From an uncultured Reyranella sp. (GTDB lineage Bacteria; Pseudomonadota; Alphaproteobacteria; Reyranellales; Reyranellaceae), in contig NZ_CAMFKM010000002.1 of assembly GCF_945957355.1 (NCBI RefSeq), positions 443,377 to 507,376 of the forward strand: a DNA stretch of 64,000 nt, written 5' to 3'. Made by a program: the position numbers and the translations under genes. Position 1 is the stretch's first letter. Every line of letters starts with the position of its first letter. Below the pieces are notes generated by a model. It did no database searches and was not told the DNA's origin. It worked only from the letters and a program-made list of their open reading frames with translations. Below are positions 20,296 through 28,545 of this stretch, piece after piece.

Positions 20296-20739
20296 ATGGC
20301 GACCAGCCAGCTTCATGAAGACTATTCGCGCGAGGAGCACGTCAAGGCGGGCTCCGACCGCGGTTTCGGGTTCGTGTTCGCAGGGTTCTTCGGAATCCTG
20401 AGTGCGATCAACCTGTGGCATCACGGCACCGAACAGGGCGCGGCGTGGAAATGGATGCTGCCGGTCGCGGCGGCATTCCTCGTCGTGGCGCTCGTCTATC
20501 CGAGGGCGCTCGGGCCGCTGAACCGGTTGTGGCTGAAGTTCGGCCTGCTCCTCTACAAGGTGATGAACCCGCTGATCCTCGGCTTGTTGTTCTTCGTCAC
20601 GATCATGCCGATTGGTCTCGTCATGCGCGCGTTCGGCAAGGATTTCCTGCGGCTGAAGCTCGACCGGAATGCCAAGAGCTACTGGATCGACCGTTCCCCG
20701 CCGGGCCCGCCGCCGCAATCCATGAAAAACCAGTTCTGA
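20296..20739 (+). CDS. SxtJ-like membrane protein
   Basis: 147 aa. The motif SDRGFGFVFAGFF, followed by three or four helices, matches my recollection of the SxtJ family. It sits upstream of a carbamoyltransferase, as sxtJ homologues usually do. Confidence 0.65.
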   Translation: MATSQLHEDYSREEHVKAGSDRGFGFVFAGFFGILSAINLWHHGTEQGAAWKWMLPVAAAFLVVALVYPRALGPLNRLWLKFGLLLYKVMNPLILGLLFFVTIMPIGLVMRAFGKDFLRLKLDRNAKSYWIDRSPPGPPPQSMKNQF

Positions 20740-20757
20740 TTCCGAAAGGACCGATCC

Positions 20758-20910
20758 ATGGGCTCCATCCTCGTCGAACTCTGGGCCTTCATGCGCGAGC
20801 GCAAGAAGTTCTGGCTGCTGCCGATCCTGGTCATGATGGTGATCTTCGGTGGCCTGATCGTTCTCACCAAGGGTTCGGCGATCGCGCCCTTCATCTACAC
20901 GCTGTTCTAG
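20758..20910 (+). CDS. Small membrane protein, SxtK/DUF5989-like (50 aa; below the ORF-track cutoff)
   Basis: Hand translation gives MGSILVELWAFMRERKKFWLLPILVMMVIFGGLIVLTKGSAIAPFIYTLF. It has a single TM helix and lies 18 nt after sxtJ-like and 18 nt before the carbamoyltransferase. Confidence 0.6.
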   Translation: MGSILVELWAFMRERKKFWLLPILVMMVIFGGLIVLTKGSAIAPFIYTLF

Positions 20911-20928
20911 GCGGGTAAGGACACTTCC

Positions 20929-22764
20929 ATGCGGGTGCTTGGCGTCTCGGCCTTCTATCACGACAGCGCAGCCGCGCTCATCGAGGATGGTCATCTCGTC
21001 AGTGCGGCGCAGGAAGAGCGCTTCACCCGCAAGAAGCACGATGCGGGCTTCCCGCAGAACGCGGTCCAGTTCTGCCTGGACCGTGCCGGCATCAAGCTCC
21101 AGGACGTCGACTACGTCGCCTTTTACGACAAGCCGTTCCTGAAGTTCGAGCGCCTGCTCGAGACCTACCTCGCCTATGCACCGCGCGGCTTCAATTCCTT
21201 CCGCATGGCCATGCCGCTGTGGCTGAAGGAGAAGCTCTTCCAGAAGACGCTGCTGCGCGACGAGATGAAGAAGTGGCAGCCCGACTTCGACTGGCAGAAG
21301 CGCCTGCTGTTCGGCGAACATCACCAGAGCCACGCGGCCTCGGCCTTCTTCCCGTCGCCCTATGAAGAGGCCGCCGTGCTCTGCATGGATGGCGTCGGCG
21401 AATGGGCGACCACGTCGCTTGCCATGGGAAGCGGCAACAAGCTCGAGATGCTGCGCGAGATCCACTTCCCGCACTCGATCGGCCTGCTCTATTCGGCGTT
21501 CACCTACTATACCGGCTTCAAGGTCAACTCGGGCGAATACAAGGTCATGGGCCTCGCGCCCTACGGCGAGCCCAAGTTCAAGAGCCTGATCCTCGACAAG
21601 ATCGTCGACCTCAAGGAAGACGGCACCTTCCGCCTCGACCAGAGCTACTTCGACTATTGCACCGGCCTGCGCATGACGAACGACAAGTTCGGCGCGCTGT
21701 TCGGCGGTGCACGGCGCAATCCCGAGGAGATGCTGACGCAGCATCACATGGACCTCGCGGCGTCCATCCAGGCCGTCACCGAGGAGATCGTGATCCGCCT
21801 CGGCCGGTCGGTGAAGAAGGAAACCGGCGTCAAGAACATCTGCCTCGCGGGCGGCGTCGCCCTGAACTGCGTCGCGAACGGCAAGCTGCTGCGCGAGAAC
21901 ATCTTCGACGGCATCTGGGTGCAGCCGGCGGCCGGCGATGCCGGCGGCGCGGTCGGCGCGGCCTATGCTGCCTATCACGGCTTCCTCGGCCAGCCGCGCA
22001 AGCTGAACGGCCACATGGACGGCATGGCCGGCTCCTATCTCGGCCCGGACTTCACCGACGACGAGATCGCCGAGCGCCTCACCGCCGTCGGTGCCAAGTT
22101 CTCGCGCCTCACACGCGAGGAGATGATCGACCAGACGGCGCAGGCGCTGGCCGACGATAAGGCGGTCGGCTGGATGCAGGGCCGCATGGAGTTCGGTCCG
22201 CGCTCGCTCGGCGCCCGCTCGATCCTGGGCGACGCGCGTTCGCCCTCGATGCAGAAGACGCTGAACCTCAAGGTGAAGTACCGCGAGTCGTTCCGGCCCT
22301 TCGCGCCGGCGGTGCTGCGCGAGGACGTCGACAAGTATTTCGATTTCCACACCGACAGCCCCTACATGCTGATGGTCGCGCCGGTCGTCGAGGGGCGCCG
22401 CCGCAAGATGACGGCCGATGAAGAGAAGCTGTTCGGCATCGACAAGCTGAACGTGCCGCGCTCCGATATCCCGGCCGTGACGCACGTCGATTATTCGGGC
22501 CGCATCCAGACCGTCCACGAAGAGACCAACAAGCCGTTCTACGACCTGATCTCGGCCTTCAAGGCGAAGACCGGCAGCTCGGTGATCGTGAACACCTCGT
22601 TCAACGTGCGCGGCGAGCCGATCGTCTGCACGCCTGAGGATGCGTGGCGCTGCTTCATGGGCAGCGAGATCGAGGTGCTAGTGGTCGGCAACTGCCTGTT
22701 GCGCAAGGAAGACCAGGATCCGTCGCTCAAGCTTGACTACAAGAACGCTTTCGAGCTCGACTAG
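20929..22764 (+). CDS. Carbamoyltransferase (NodU/CmcH/SxtI family)
   Basis: 611 aa. The N-terminal motif LG.SAFYHDSAAALIEDG, then GEHHQSHAASAFF, and the C-terminal NTSFN.RGEPIV are characteristic of the family. Confidence 0.9.
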   Translation: MRVLGVSAFYHDSAAALIEDGHLVSAAQEERFTRKKHDAGFPQNAVQFCLDRAGIKLQDVDYVAFYDKPFLKFERLLETYLAYAPRGFNSFRMAMPLWLKEKLFQKTLLRDEMKKWQPDFDWQKRLLFGEHHQSHAASAFFPSPYEEAAVLCMDGVGEWATTSLAMGSGNKLEMLREIHFPHSIGLLYSAFTYYTGFKVNSGEYKVMGLAPYGEPKFKSLILDKIVDLKEDGTFRLDQSYFDYCTGLRMTNDKFGALFGGARRNPEEMLTQHHMDLAASIQAVTEEIVIRLGRSVKKETGVKNICLAGGVALNCVANGKLLRENIFDGIWVQPAAGDAGGAVGAAYAAYHGFLGQPRKLNGHMDGMAGSYLGPDFTDDEIAERLTAVGAKFSRLTREEMIDQTAQALADDKAVGWMQGRMEFGPRSLGARSILGDARSPSMQKTLNLKVKYRESFRPFAPAVLREDVDKYFDFHTDSPYMLMVAPVVEGRRRKMTADEEKLFGIDKLNVPRSDIPAVTHVDYSGRIQTVHEETNKPFYDLISAFKAKTGSSVIVNTSFNVRGEPIVCTPEDAWRCFMGSEIEVLVVGNCLLRKEDQDPSLKLDYKNAFELD

Positions 22765-22774
22765 CGCGCCTTCG

Positions 22775-23776
22775 ATGCGCGCGCCCCTCATGCGAGCCAT
22801 TGTTTGCGATCGCCTGGGCGATCCTTCCGTCCTCCATATCGAGGAACGCCCGATCCCCGAAGCGGGGCCGGGCGAGATCGTCGTCCGGGTCGGCGCCGCG
22901 TCGGTCAATTTTCCCGACGTGCTGATGGTGGCCGGCGGCTACCAACACAAGCCGGAGCTGCCCTTCGTGCCCGGCATGGAGGGCGCGGGGACGATCCATG
23001 CGCTCGGCGACGGCGTCACGAACTGGAAGCCGGGCGATCGGGTGATCTTCGGCGTGCGTCCCGGCGCCTTCGCCGAATACGTGAAGCTGAAGGCCAGCGG
23101 CCACCTGATGCGTCTGCCGGAGGACTGGTCGTTCGCCGAAGGCGCGGGCTTCCGCGTCGCCGCGCAGACCGCCTATCACTCGCTGGTCCATCGCGCCGCG
23201 CTGAAGAAGGGCGAAGTCCTGCTGGTTCACGGCGCGTCGGGCGGCGTCGGCCTGGCGGCCGTTCAATTGGGCAGGCATCTCGGCGCACGGGTCATCGCGA
23301 CCGGCAGCGACGATGGCCGTCTGGCCATTGTGCGTGAGAACGGTGCCGACGAGGTCGTGAATTATCGCACCGGCGACTTCGTCGCCGCCGTGAAGGAGAT
23401 GACGAACGGCAAGGGCTGCGACGTGATCTACGACCCGGTGGGCGGCGAGGTGCTGGAGAAGTCGGTGCGCGCGGCGGCCTATGGGGCGCGCCTGCTGGTC
23501 GTGGGCTTCACCTCGGGCGGGCCGAGCAAGCTCATGTCCAACCACATTCTGATCAAGGGCCTGTCGGTGCTGGGCGTGCGCGCCGGCGAGACACCCCTTC
23601 GCCTGTCGCCCGAACTCGGCCGCGACTATGTCGAGGAACTGCCTCGGCTTGCTGCGCTTGGCGTGATGCGCCCGCACGTCTCGCACCGCTTCCCGATGGA
23701 GCAGGCCGCCGCCGCCTTCCGTGTCCTCATGGACCGCAAGGTCGTCGGCAAGGTCGCGATCGAGATGATGCGTTAA
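22775..23776 (+). CDS. NADPH:quinone oxidoreductase / zinc-independent MDR-family oxidoreductase
   Basis: MRA.V......P..L..EE.P.PE.G.GE and an NFPD-type motif are present, with Rossmann motif VHGASGGVGLAAVQ. ATG 22775 was chosen to avoid overlapping the upstream gene; 22790 is also possible. Confidence 0.85.
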   Translation: MRAPLMRAIVCDRLGDPSVLHIEERPIPEAGPGEIVVRVGAASVNFPDVLMVAGGYQHKPELPFVPGMEGAGTIHALGDGVTNWKPGDRVIFGVRPGAFAEYVKLKASGHLMRLPEDWSFAEGAGFRVAAQTAYHSLVHRAALKKGEVLLVHGASGGVGLAAVQLGRHLGARVIATGSDDGRLAIVRENGADEVVNYRTGDFVAAVKEMTNGKGCDVIYDPVGGEVLEKSVRAAAYGARLLVVGFTSGGPSKLMSNHILIKGLSVLGVRAGETPLRLSPELGRDYVEELPRLAALGVMRPHVSHRFPMEQAAAAFRVLMDRKVVGKVAIEMMR

Positions 23777-24210
23777 CGCGCGTAGAAGATCGTCACCTTG
23801 CGGTCGATCTCCGAGGCGTTTTCCTTGCCCAAGCTCATGTTACCGAAGGCTTCGGGATCGGCGACGATGGTGATGTTCTTCGCCGGATAGCCGTCGCGGA
23901 TCATCTCGGCGGCGACCGCCTGGGCGCGCGCCCGCGCCAGCCTTTCATTGTAGGCCTTGTCGCCCAGCTTGTCGGTGTGGCCGATCAGGCAGATGGCCGA
24001 GACCTGGCGATCCTTTGCGGTCTTCACCGCCTGGGCGATCCCAGGCTTCTCGGCCGGCGGTACCACCGAGCTGTTGAGGGCGAACAGGACGCGCACCGGC
24101 TGCGGCTGGTTGCCGCCGCCGCCGCGCGGGCAGGTGCCGACCGTCTGCGCGAAAGACGGCGCCGCGGCGAACAACATACCGGCGGCGATGAGGACACCGA
24201 ACTTCTTCAT
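23773..24210 (-). CDS. Small exported OmpA-family (peptidoglycan-associated C-terminal domain) protein
   Basis: 145 aa with a signal peptide ending AAPSFAQ, plus GHTDKLGDKAYNERLARARAQAV, the OmpA_C-like motif. Its ATG overlaps the upstream gene's stop (ATGA at 24207-24210). Confidence 0.8.
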   Translation of the reverse strand: MKKFGVLIAAGMLFAAAPSFAQTVGTCPRGGGGNQPQPVRVLFALNSSVVPPAEKPGIAQAVKTAKDRQVSAICLIGHTDKLGDKAYNERLARARAQAVAAEMIRDGYPAKNITIVADPEAFGNMSLGKENASEIDRKVTIFYAR

Positions 24211-24803
24211 TTGAGTTCTTCCTTGAGAGCCAATTCGACGAAGGGGAGGCGATCGTTGCCGAAGAACATCATCTTGTCCACGAAGCAGGTCGGTGCGCCG
24301 AACACGCCGCGCGCGACCGCCTCGTCGGTGGTGGCCTTGAGCCGGTCCTTCACGTCCTGATCCTGAATGCGGGCGCCGAATTTCGCGGCATCGAGGCCGG
24401 CAGCGGTCAGCACGGCAGCCACCTCATTCATGTCGTTGAGGTTGCGGCCCTCGACCCACATCGCCTTGAAGACCGCCGGGTGGTAGCGCTCGAAGGTGCC
24501 GTCGATCTGCGCCGCCGCCGCGCCGCGCATCAGTGCCAGCGTGTTGACCGGAAAGAAGGGATTGCGCTGGAACGGTACGCCGTAGTGTCGCCCCCACATC
24601 GGCATGTCGAAGCCGCTCCAGGCCGATTTCTGCGGGAGCTCGGCCGGTGAATGGTTGCCGGTGGCCTTGAACACGCCGCCCAGCAGCATCGGCTTGCGCA
24701 CCAGCGTGGCCCCCGCGCGTTGCGCGATCGCCTCGACCTGCGTGTCGGCTAGGTAGCTATAGGGGCTGCCATAGTCGAAGTAGAATTCCAGCGTGCGGGC
24801 CAT
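24207..24803 (-). CDS. 2-hydroxychromene-2-carboxylate isomerase family protein (DsbA-like fold)
   Basis: 198 aa. The N-terminal FYFDYGSPYSYL and C-terminal GVFGAPT.FVD...FFGNDRL motifs are typical of the family. Confidence 0.85.
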   Translation of the reverse strand: MARTLEFYFDYGSPYSYLADTQVEAIAQRAGATLVRKPMLLGGVFKATGNHSPAELPQKSAWSGFDMPMWGRHYGVPFQRNPFFPVNTLALMRGAAAAQIDGTFERYHPAVFKAMWVEGRNLNDMNEVAAVLTAAGLDAAKFGARIQDQDVKDRLKATTDEAVARGVFGAPTCFVDKMMFFGNDRLPFVELALKEELK

Positions 24804-24875
24804 GTATTCCTCCTTGCTTGTCGCGAGCCTGCGCCGCTTCTAGCGTTGCGACAAGAAAGTTCGGGGAGGGATCGC

Positions 24876-25631
24876 ATGAGTCGCGTTGCAGACAAGGTCG
24901 TGCTGGTGACGGGCGCCGGATCGGGCATCGGCCGCGCTTCGGCGAAGCTTCTGGCGTCCGAAGGCGCGACGGTGATCGTCACTGACGTCAACCGTGCCGG
25001 CGGGCTGGAGACTGTTCAACAAATAGGCGGCAACGCACGCTTCGAGGAACAGGACACGGCGAAGGAAGCCGACTGGAAGCGCATCATCGACGATATCATG
25101 GCGCGCGAGGGCCGACTGAACGGACTCGTGAACAATGCCGGCATTGCCGGACCGTTTCCCTCGTCCTTCGAGGGCGAGAGCCTCGACCAGTGGCGCCGCA
25201 TCCTGTCGATCAACGTCGAGGGCGTGTTCCTCGGCTGCAAGTACGGCGTGCCGGCGCTGCGCGCCTCGGGTGGCGGCTCGATCGTGAACATGTCGTCGCT
25301 GGCGGCCTTCCTCGGCACGCCCGATCTCTCGGCCTATGGCGCCAGCAAGGGCGCGGTCCGCCAGTTCACCAAGACGGTGGCGATGGATTGTGCGCGCAAG
25401 GGCTACAAGGTGCGCTGCAACTCAGTGCATCCCGGTATCATCATGACGCCGATGGGCGAACACATCCTGCCCAGCGAGAAGGCGCGCGAACGCACGCGCC
25501 AGCGCGTGCCGATCGGCCACTTCGGCACGCCGGAGGACATTGCCTACGGCGTGCTCTACCTGATTTCCGATGAATCCCGCTTCATGACCGGCGCCGAGCT
25601 GGTGATCGACGGCGGGATGAATTCAATTTAG
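24876..25631 (+). CDS. SDR-family oxidoreductase
   Basis: Start MSRVADKVVLVTGAGSGIG at 24876, 5 nt after GGGGAGGG. NNAG and YGASKGAV (YxxxK) are present. Confidence 0.85.
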   Translation: MSRVADKVVLVTGAGSGIGRASAKLLASEGATVIVTDVNRAGGLETVQQIGGNARFEEQDTAKEADWKRIIDDIMAREGRLNGLVNNAGIAGPFPSSFEGESLDQWRRILSINVEGVFLGCKYGVPALRASGGGSIVNMSSLAAFLGTPDLSAYGASKGAVRQFTKTVAMDCARKGYKVRCNSVHPGIIMTPMGEHILPSEKARERTRQRVPIGHFGTPEDIAYGVLYLISDESRFMTGAELVIDGGMNSI

Positions 25632-25652
25632 TCGCTCCGCTTGCGGAGCGAC
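25631..25652 (+). terminator. Stem-loop GTCGCTCCGC-TT-GCGGAGCGAC immediately after the SDR stop
   Basis: Read directly. There is no clear U-tract, so function is uncertain. Confidence 0.35.
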
Positions 25653-25736
25653 TGGCGGCGTGTAGCGCTGCAGGGAGCGCAGTGACCGAAGCGCGGGCGC
25701 CGCACGGTGCAGAAAATATAGAGGTGCGCCAAACCT

Positions 25737-25780
25737 GCCGTGCGGGCTCTCGCGCTTGGTTACAAGCGCTGCCGCCCGCC
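25737..25780. repeat. 44-nt dispersed intergenic element (copy 1), containing hairpin GCGCTTG-GTTA-CAAGCGC
   Basis: Identical at 41 of 44 positions to 59629-59672, in the same orientation. Confidence 0.6.
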
Positions 25781-25797
25781 GGCGCCTGTGAAGGCGC

Positions 25798-26322
25798 CTA
25801 CTTAATGTTCACCTGGTGGGTGAACTTGTCGCCGTCGCTGATCGTGATCTGCTGGAAGCCGAGCAGCTTCAGCAGGTCGAAGAAGTTCGCGTCCTCGGCG
25901 ATCGTGCGCTCCTGGAAGAACGGCGACAGGCGCGACATGGTCGTCATGTTCGCGAGGATCGCGCGGGCGCGATAGATCGTGCTCATCTCGCCGGGCTGCA
26001 GGCCGACGATGATCATCTTGTCCGCCTTCTCGCCCTTCACGAAGACCGAGTAGGGAACGCGATAGGCCGACTGGATCGTGCCCTGCGAGACGACCGTGGC
26101 GAACTGCACGCGCTGGGCGCGCTCGGCGCCGGCGATCGTCTGCATCGGCGAGGCGTAGTTCTCGATCGCGGTCGGCTTCGGGTAGTAGTAGCCGACATAC
26201 TTGTCGTCATCGGCCTTGGTGGTCGCCGCGGCGGCCGTCGGCTTGGGCTGCTGTTGCGCGAGCGCCGGCAGGGCGCCGAAAGCGACGAGGACGGCCAGGC
26301 TGGCTGCGAACCGATTGATCAT
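25798..26322 (-). CDS. Exported hypothetical protein
   Basis: 174 aa with a signal peptide (LAVLVAFGALPALAQ) and good GC3. It lies 39 nt downstream of the SDR gene on the same strand. I cannot name the family with confidence. Confidence 0.65.
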   Translation of the reverse strand: MINRFAASLAVLVAFGALPALAQQQPKPTAAAATTKADDDKYVGYYYPKPTAIENYASPMQTIAGAERAQRVQFATVVSQGTIQSAYRVPYSVFVKGEKADKMIIVGLQPGEMSTIYRARAILANMTTMSRLSPFFQERTIAEDANFFDLLKLLGFQQITISDGDKFTHQVNIK

Positions 26323-26361
26323 GAGTGTTTCCCCAAAGTCTGATGCTGCAGTGGCGACGGG

Positions 26362-27135
26362 CTAAAACAACGTATAGCCGCCATCGATAACGAAGTCGCG
26401 TCCCGTCGTATAGCCGGTGGCGCCGCTCGCGAGATAGACGGCGATCGGGCCGAAGTCGGCGCCGGTGCCCCAGCGCCGGGCCGGGATGCGCGGCAGGACG
26501 TTGCCCGCGAACTTCGGATTGGCGACGGCATTGGCGGTCATCTCGGTCTCGATCCAGCCAGGCAGGATCGAGTTCACGGTGATCTTGTAGCGCGCCAGCT
26601 CGACGGCCAGCGCCCGCACCATCGCCGTGACGCCGCCCTTGCTGGCGCCGTAGTGGCTGGAGCGGGCCGCGCCTTCGATCGCCGCCGTGCTGGCCATCGC
26701 CACCAGCGAACCGCCCTGGCCGCGTTCGACCATGTGCTTGGCGGCTGCACGGAACGTGAAGAAAACGCCGTCGAGGTTGATCTGCAGGACGCGGCGCCAT
26801 TCGGCGTAGTCCATCTCGAGGATCGAGCCTTTGCCGCGACCCGAGACGCCGGCATTGGCGACGCAGTTGTCGACATGGCCCATCACCGTCACCGTCTCGG
26901 CGAAGGCATCCGCCACCTGCTTCTCGTCGCCGACATCGACGATCTGGGCGTGGACCTTGCCGCCATGCTTCCTGAGCTGCTCGACGGCCGCGTCGTTCTT
27001 CTCCTTGCGCGTGCCCCAGATGCAGACGCCCGCACCTGCCTGCGCCATCGCATCGGCCATGCCGAGGCCGATGCCGCCGTTGCCGCCGGTCACCAGCGCC
27101 ACCTTGCCCGTCAGATCGAAGCCCTTGTAGGCCAT
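26362..27135 (-). CDS. SDR-family oxidoreductase (FabG-like)
   Basis: 257 aa with the motifs VTGGNGGIGLG, NAG and YGASKGGV. Confidence 0.85.
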   Translation of the reverse strand: MAYKGFDLTGKVALVTGGNGGIGLGMADAMAQAGAGVCIWGTRKEKNDAAVEQLRKHGGKVHAQIVDVGDEKQVADAFAETVTVMGHVDNCVANAGVSGRGKGSILEMDYAEWRRVLQINLDGVFFTFRAAAKHMVERGQGGSLVAMASTAAIEGAARSSHYGASKGGVTAMVRALAVELARYKITVNSILPGWIETEMTANAVANPKFAGNVLPRIPARRWGTGADFGPIAVYLASGATGYTTGRDFVIDGGYTLF

Positions 27136-27205
27136 GCATCTCTCCCAAACGAAAACCGGGCGGGATCAAACCCCGCCCGGTCCATAGCGTCAATCTGACG
27201 GGAGG

Positions 27206-27922
27206 TCAGTTCAACCGGTCCGTTTCGACCAGCACAATCTCGGCATCCTCGAGAGCCACGATCTCGACCTCGTCCTGGTCGACGATCGCCACCCCGTCGC
27301 GGGCATTCGCCGTCACGACCTTGCCGTCGCTGCCGCGGACCTCGATCTTGCCCTTGGCCGGCACGAGATAGGTCGGCTTGCCGTTCAGCTTCTGGCGGGT
27401 CGACTGCCCGGCCTTCACCGTGCCGGCAAGCAGCGAACCGTCGGCATAGAGCGGGATCGCCCCGTCGTCGCCACGTCCCGAAGCCAGCGGCACCAGCTTG
27501 CCGTCGCGCGCCTCGGCGGGGAACTGCACCGTCTCCCAGCGCGCCGGCACGCCCTGCTTGTTGGGAATGATCCAGATCTGGAACAGCTCGGTCTCGGCCT
27601 GCTCCATGTTGTATTCGGCGTGCTGGATGCCCTTGCCTGCGCTCATCACCTGGATCTGGCCCGCTTCGGTCCTGCCCTCGTTGCCGAGATGGTCCTTGTG
27701 CGTGATCGCGCCCTTGATGACGTAGGTCACGATTTCCATGTCGCGGTGAGGATGCGGCGGGAAGCCCGACTGCGGCGCGATGCGGTCGTTGTTCCAGACG
27801 CGCAGCGCTCCCCAGTGGACGCGGTCCTGGTTGCGGTAGTCGGCGAAGCTGAAGTGGAAGTTCGCCTTGAGCCAGCCGTGGTCCGACTTGCCCAATTTAT
27901 CGAAGGGTCTGAGCTCGATCAT
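27206..27922 (-). CDS. Pirin family protein
   Basis: Start MIELRPF at 27922 follows AAGGAGAA. The cupin metal motif is HPHRDMEIVTY...H.D..GN; QVMSAGKGI.H.E is also present. Confidence 0.85.
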   Translation of the reverse strand: MIELRPFDKLGKSDHGWLKANFHFSFADYRNQDRVHWGALRVWNNDRIAPQSGFPPHPHRDMEIVTYVIKGAITHKDHLGNEGRTEAGQIQVMSAGKGIQHAEYNMEQAETELFQIWIIPNKQGVPARWETVQFPAEARDGKLVPLASGRGDDGAIPLYADGSLLAGTVKAGQSTRQKLNGKPTYLVPAKGKIEVRGSDGKVVTANARDGVAIVDQDEVEIVALEDAEIVLVETDRLN

Positions 27923-27996
27923 GGTGTTCTCCTTGCTGTTCCCAAAATGGCCCAACAAGGAGGGGGATCAAGTTTCTGCCTGGTAACGGGGCCAAG

Positions 27997-28545
27997 CTAC
28001 GATCGGCCCTGCACAGGACGAATCGGATCGGTGCCGTCCCAGTCCTGGGCGCGCTTGCGGACGTACTCGAAGAAGCGGCCCTTGTTGCCGCTGATGTCGG
28101 AGATCTCGACGACCGTGCCGGCGTGGGCATTGGCAGGCGCGCCGGTATCGAAATAGGCGAAGCGACCCTGCTCGCCGCCGATCTGTCCTTCGTGGCCGAG
28201 CCTGTACCCAAGCCCCAGCGCCCGGTCGTACAGCGACTGGTAGTCGGTCGACCAGAAGGCCACGTGCTGCAGGCCCTCGCGGCCGGAGTCGAGGAATTCC
28301 TTGTACATCGACGGCGCGTCGTTGCGCTGCTGGATCAGCTCGATCTGCAGGTCGCCGGAATTCGCCAGCGCGATGCTCAGCTCGACGGCCGAGTCCTGGC
28401 CGCGATGGCAGAACCAGTCGGTCTGCACGCGGTCGATGTAGAACCACGGCCCGACCTGCAGCACCTCGATCCAGTGCTTCATCGCCGCTTCGATGTCGCG
28501 CACGACATAGCCGTTCTGGCGGACCGGTCCGAACAGGCGGCTCAT
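27997..28545 (-). CDS. VOC (glyoxalase/bleomycin-resistance/dioxygenase) family protein
   Basis: 182 aa beginning MSRLFGPVRQNGYVVRDIEAAMKHW. It has a two-module beta-alpha-beta-beta-beta pattern with LQHVAFW. Its ATG overlaps the BVMO stop (ATGA at 28542-28545). Confidence 0.75.
   Translation of the reverse strand: MSRLFGPVRQNGYVVRDIEAAMKHWIEVLQVGPWFYIDRVQTDWFCHRGQDSAVELSIALANSGDLQIELIQQRNDAPSMYKEFLDSGREGLQHVAFWSTDYQSLYDRALGLGYRLGHEGQIGGEQGRFAYFDTGAPANAHAGTVVEISDISGNKGRFFEYVRKRAQDWDGTDPIRPVQGRS

Noticed and set aside
20131-22518. 795-aa minus-strand ORF
   Set aside because: It is antisense to sxtJ-like and the carbamoyltransferase. It has no motifs and is a GC-bias artefact.
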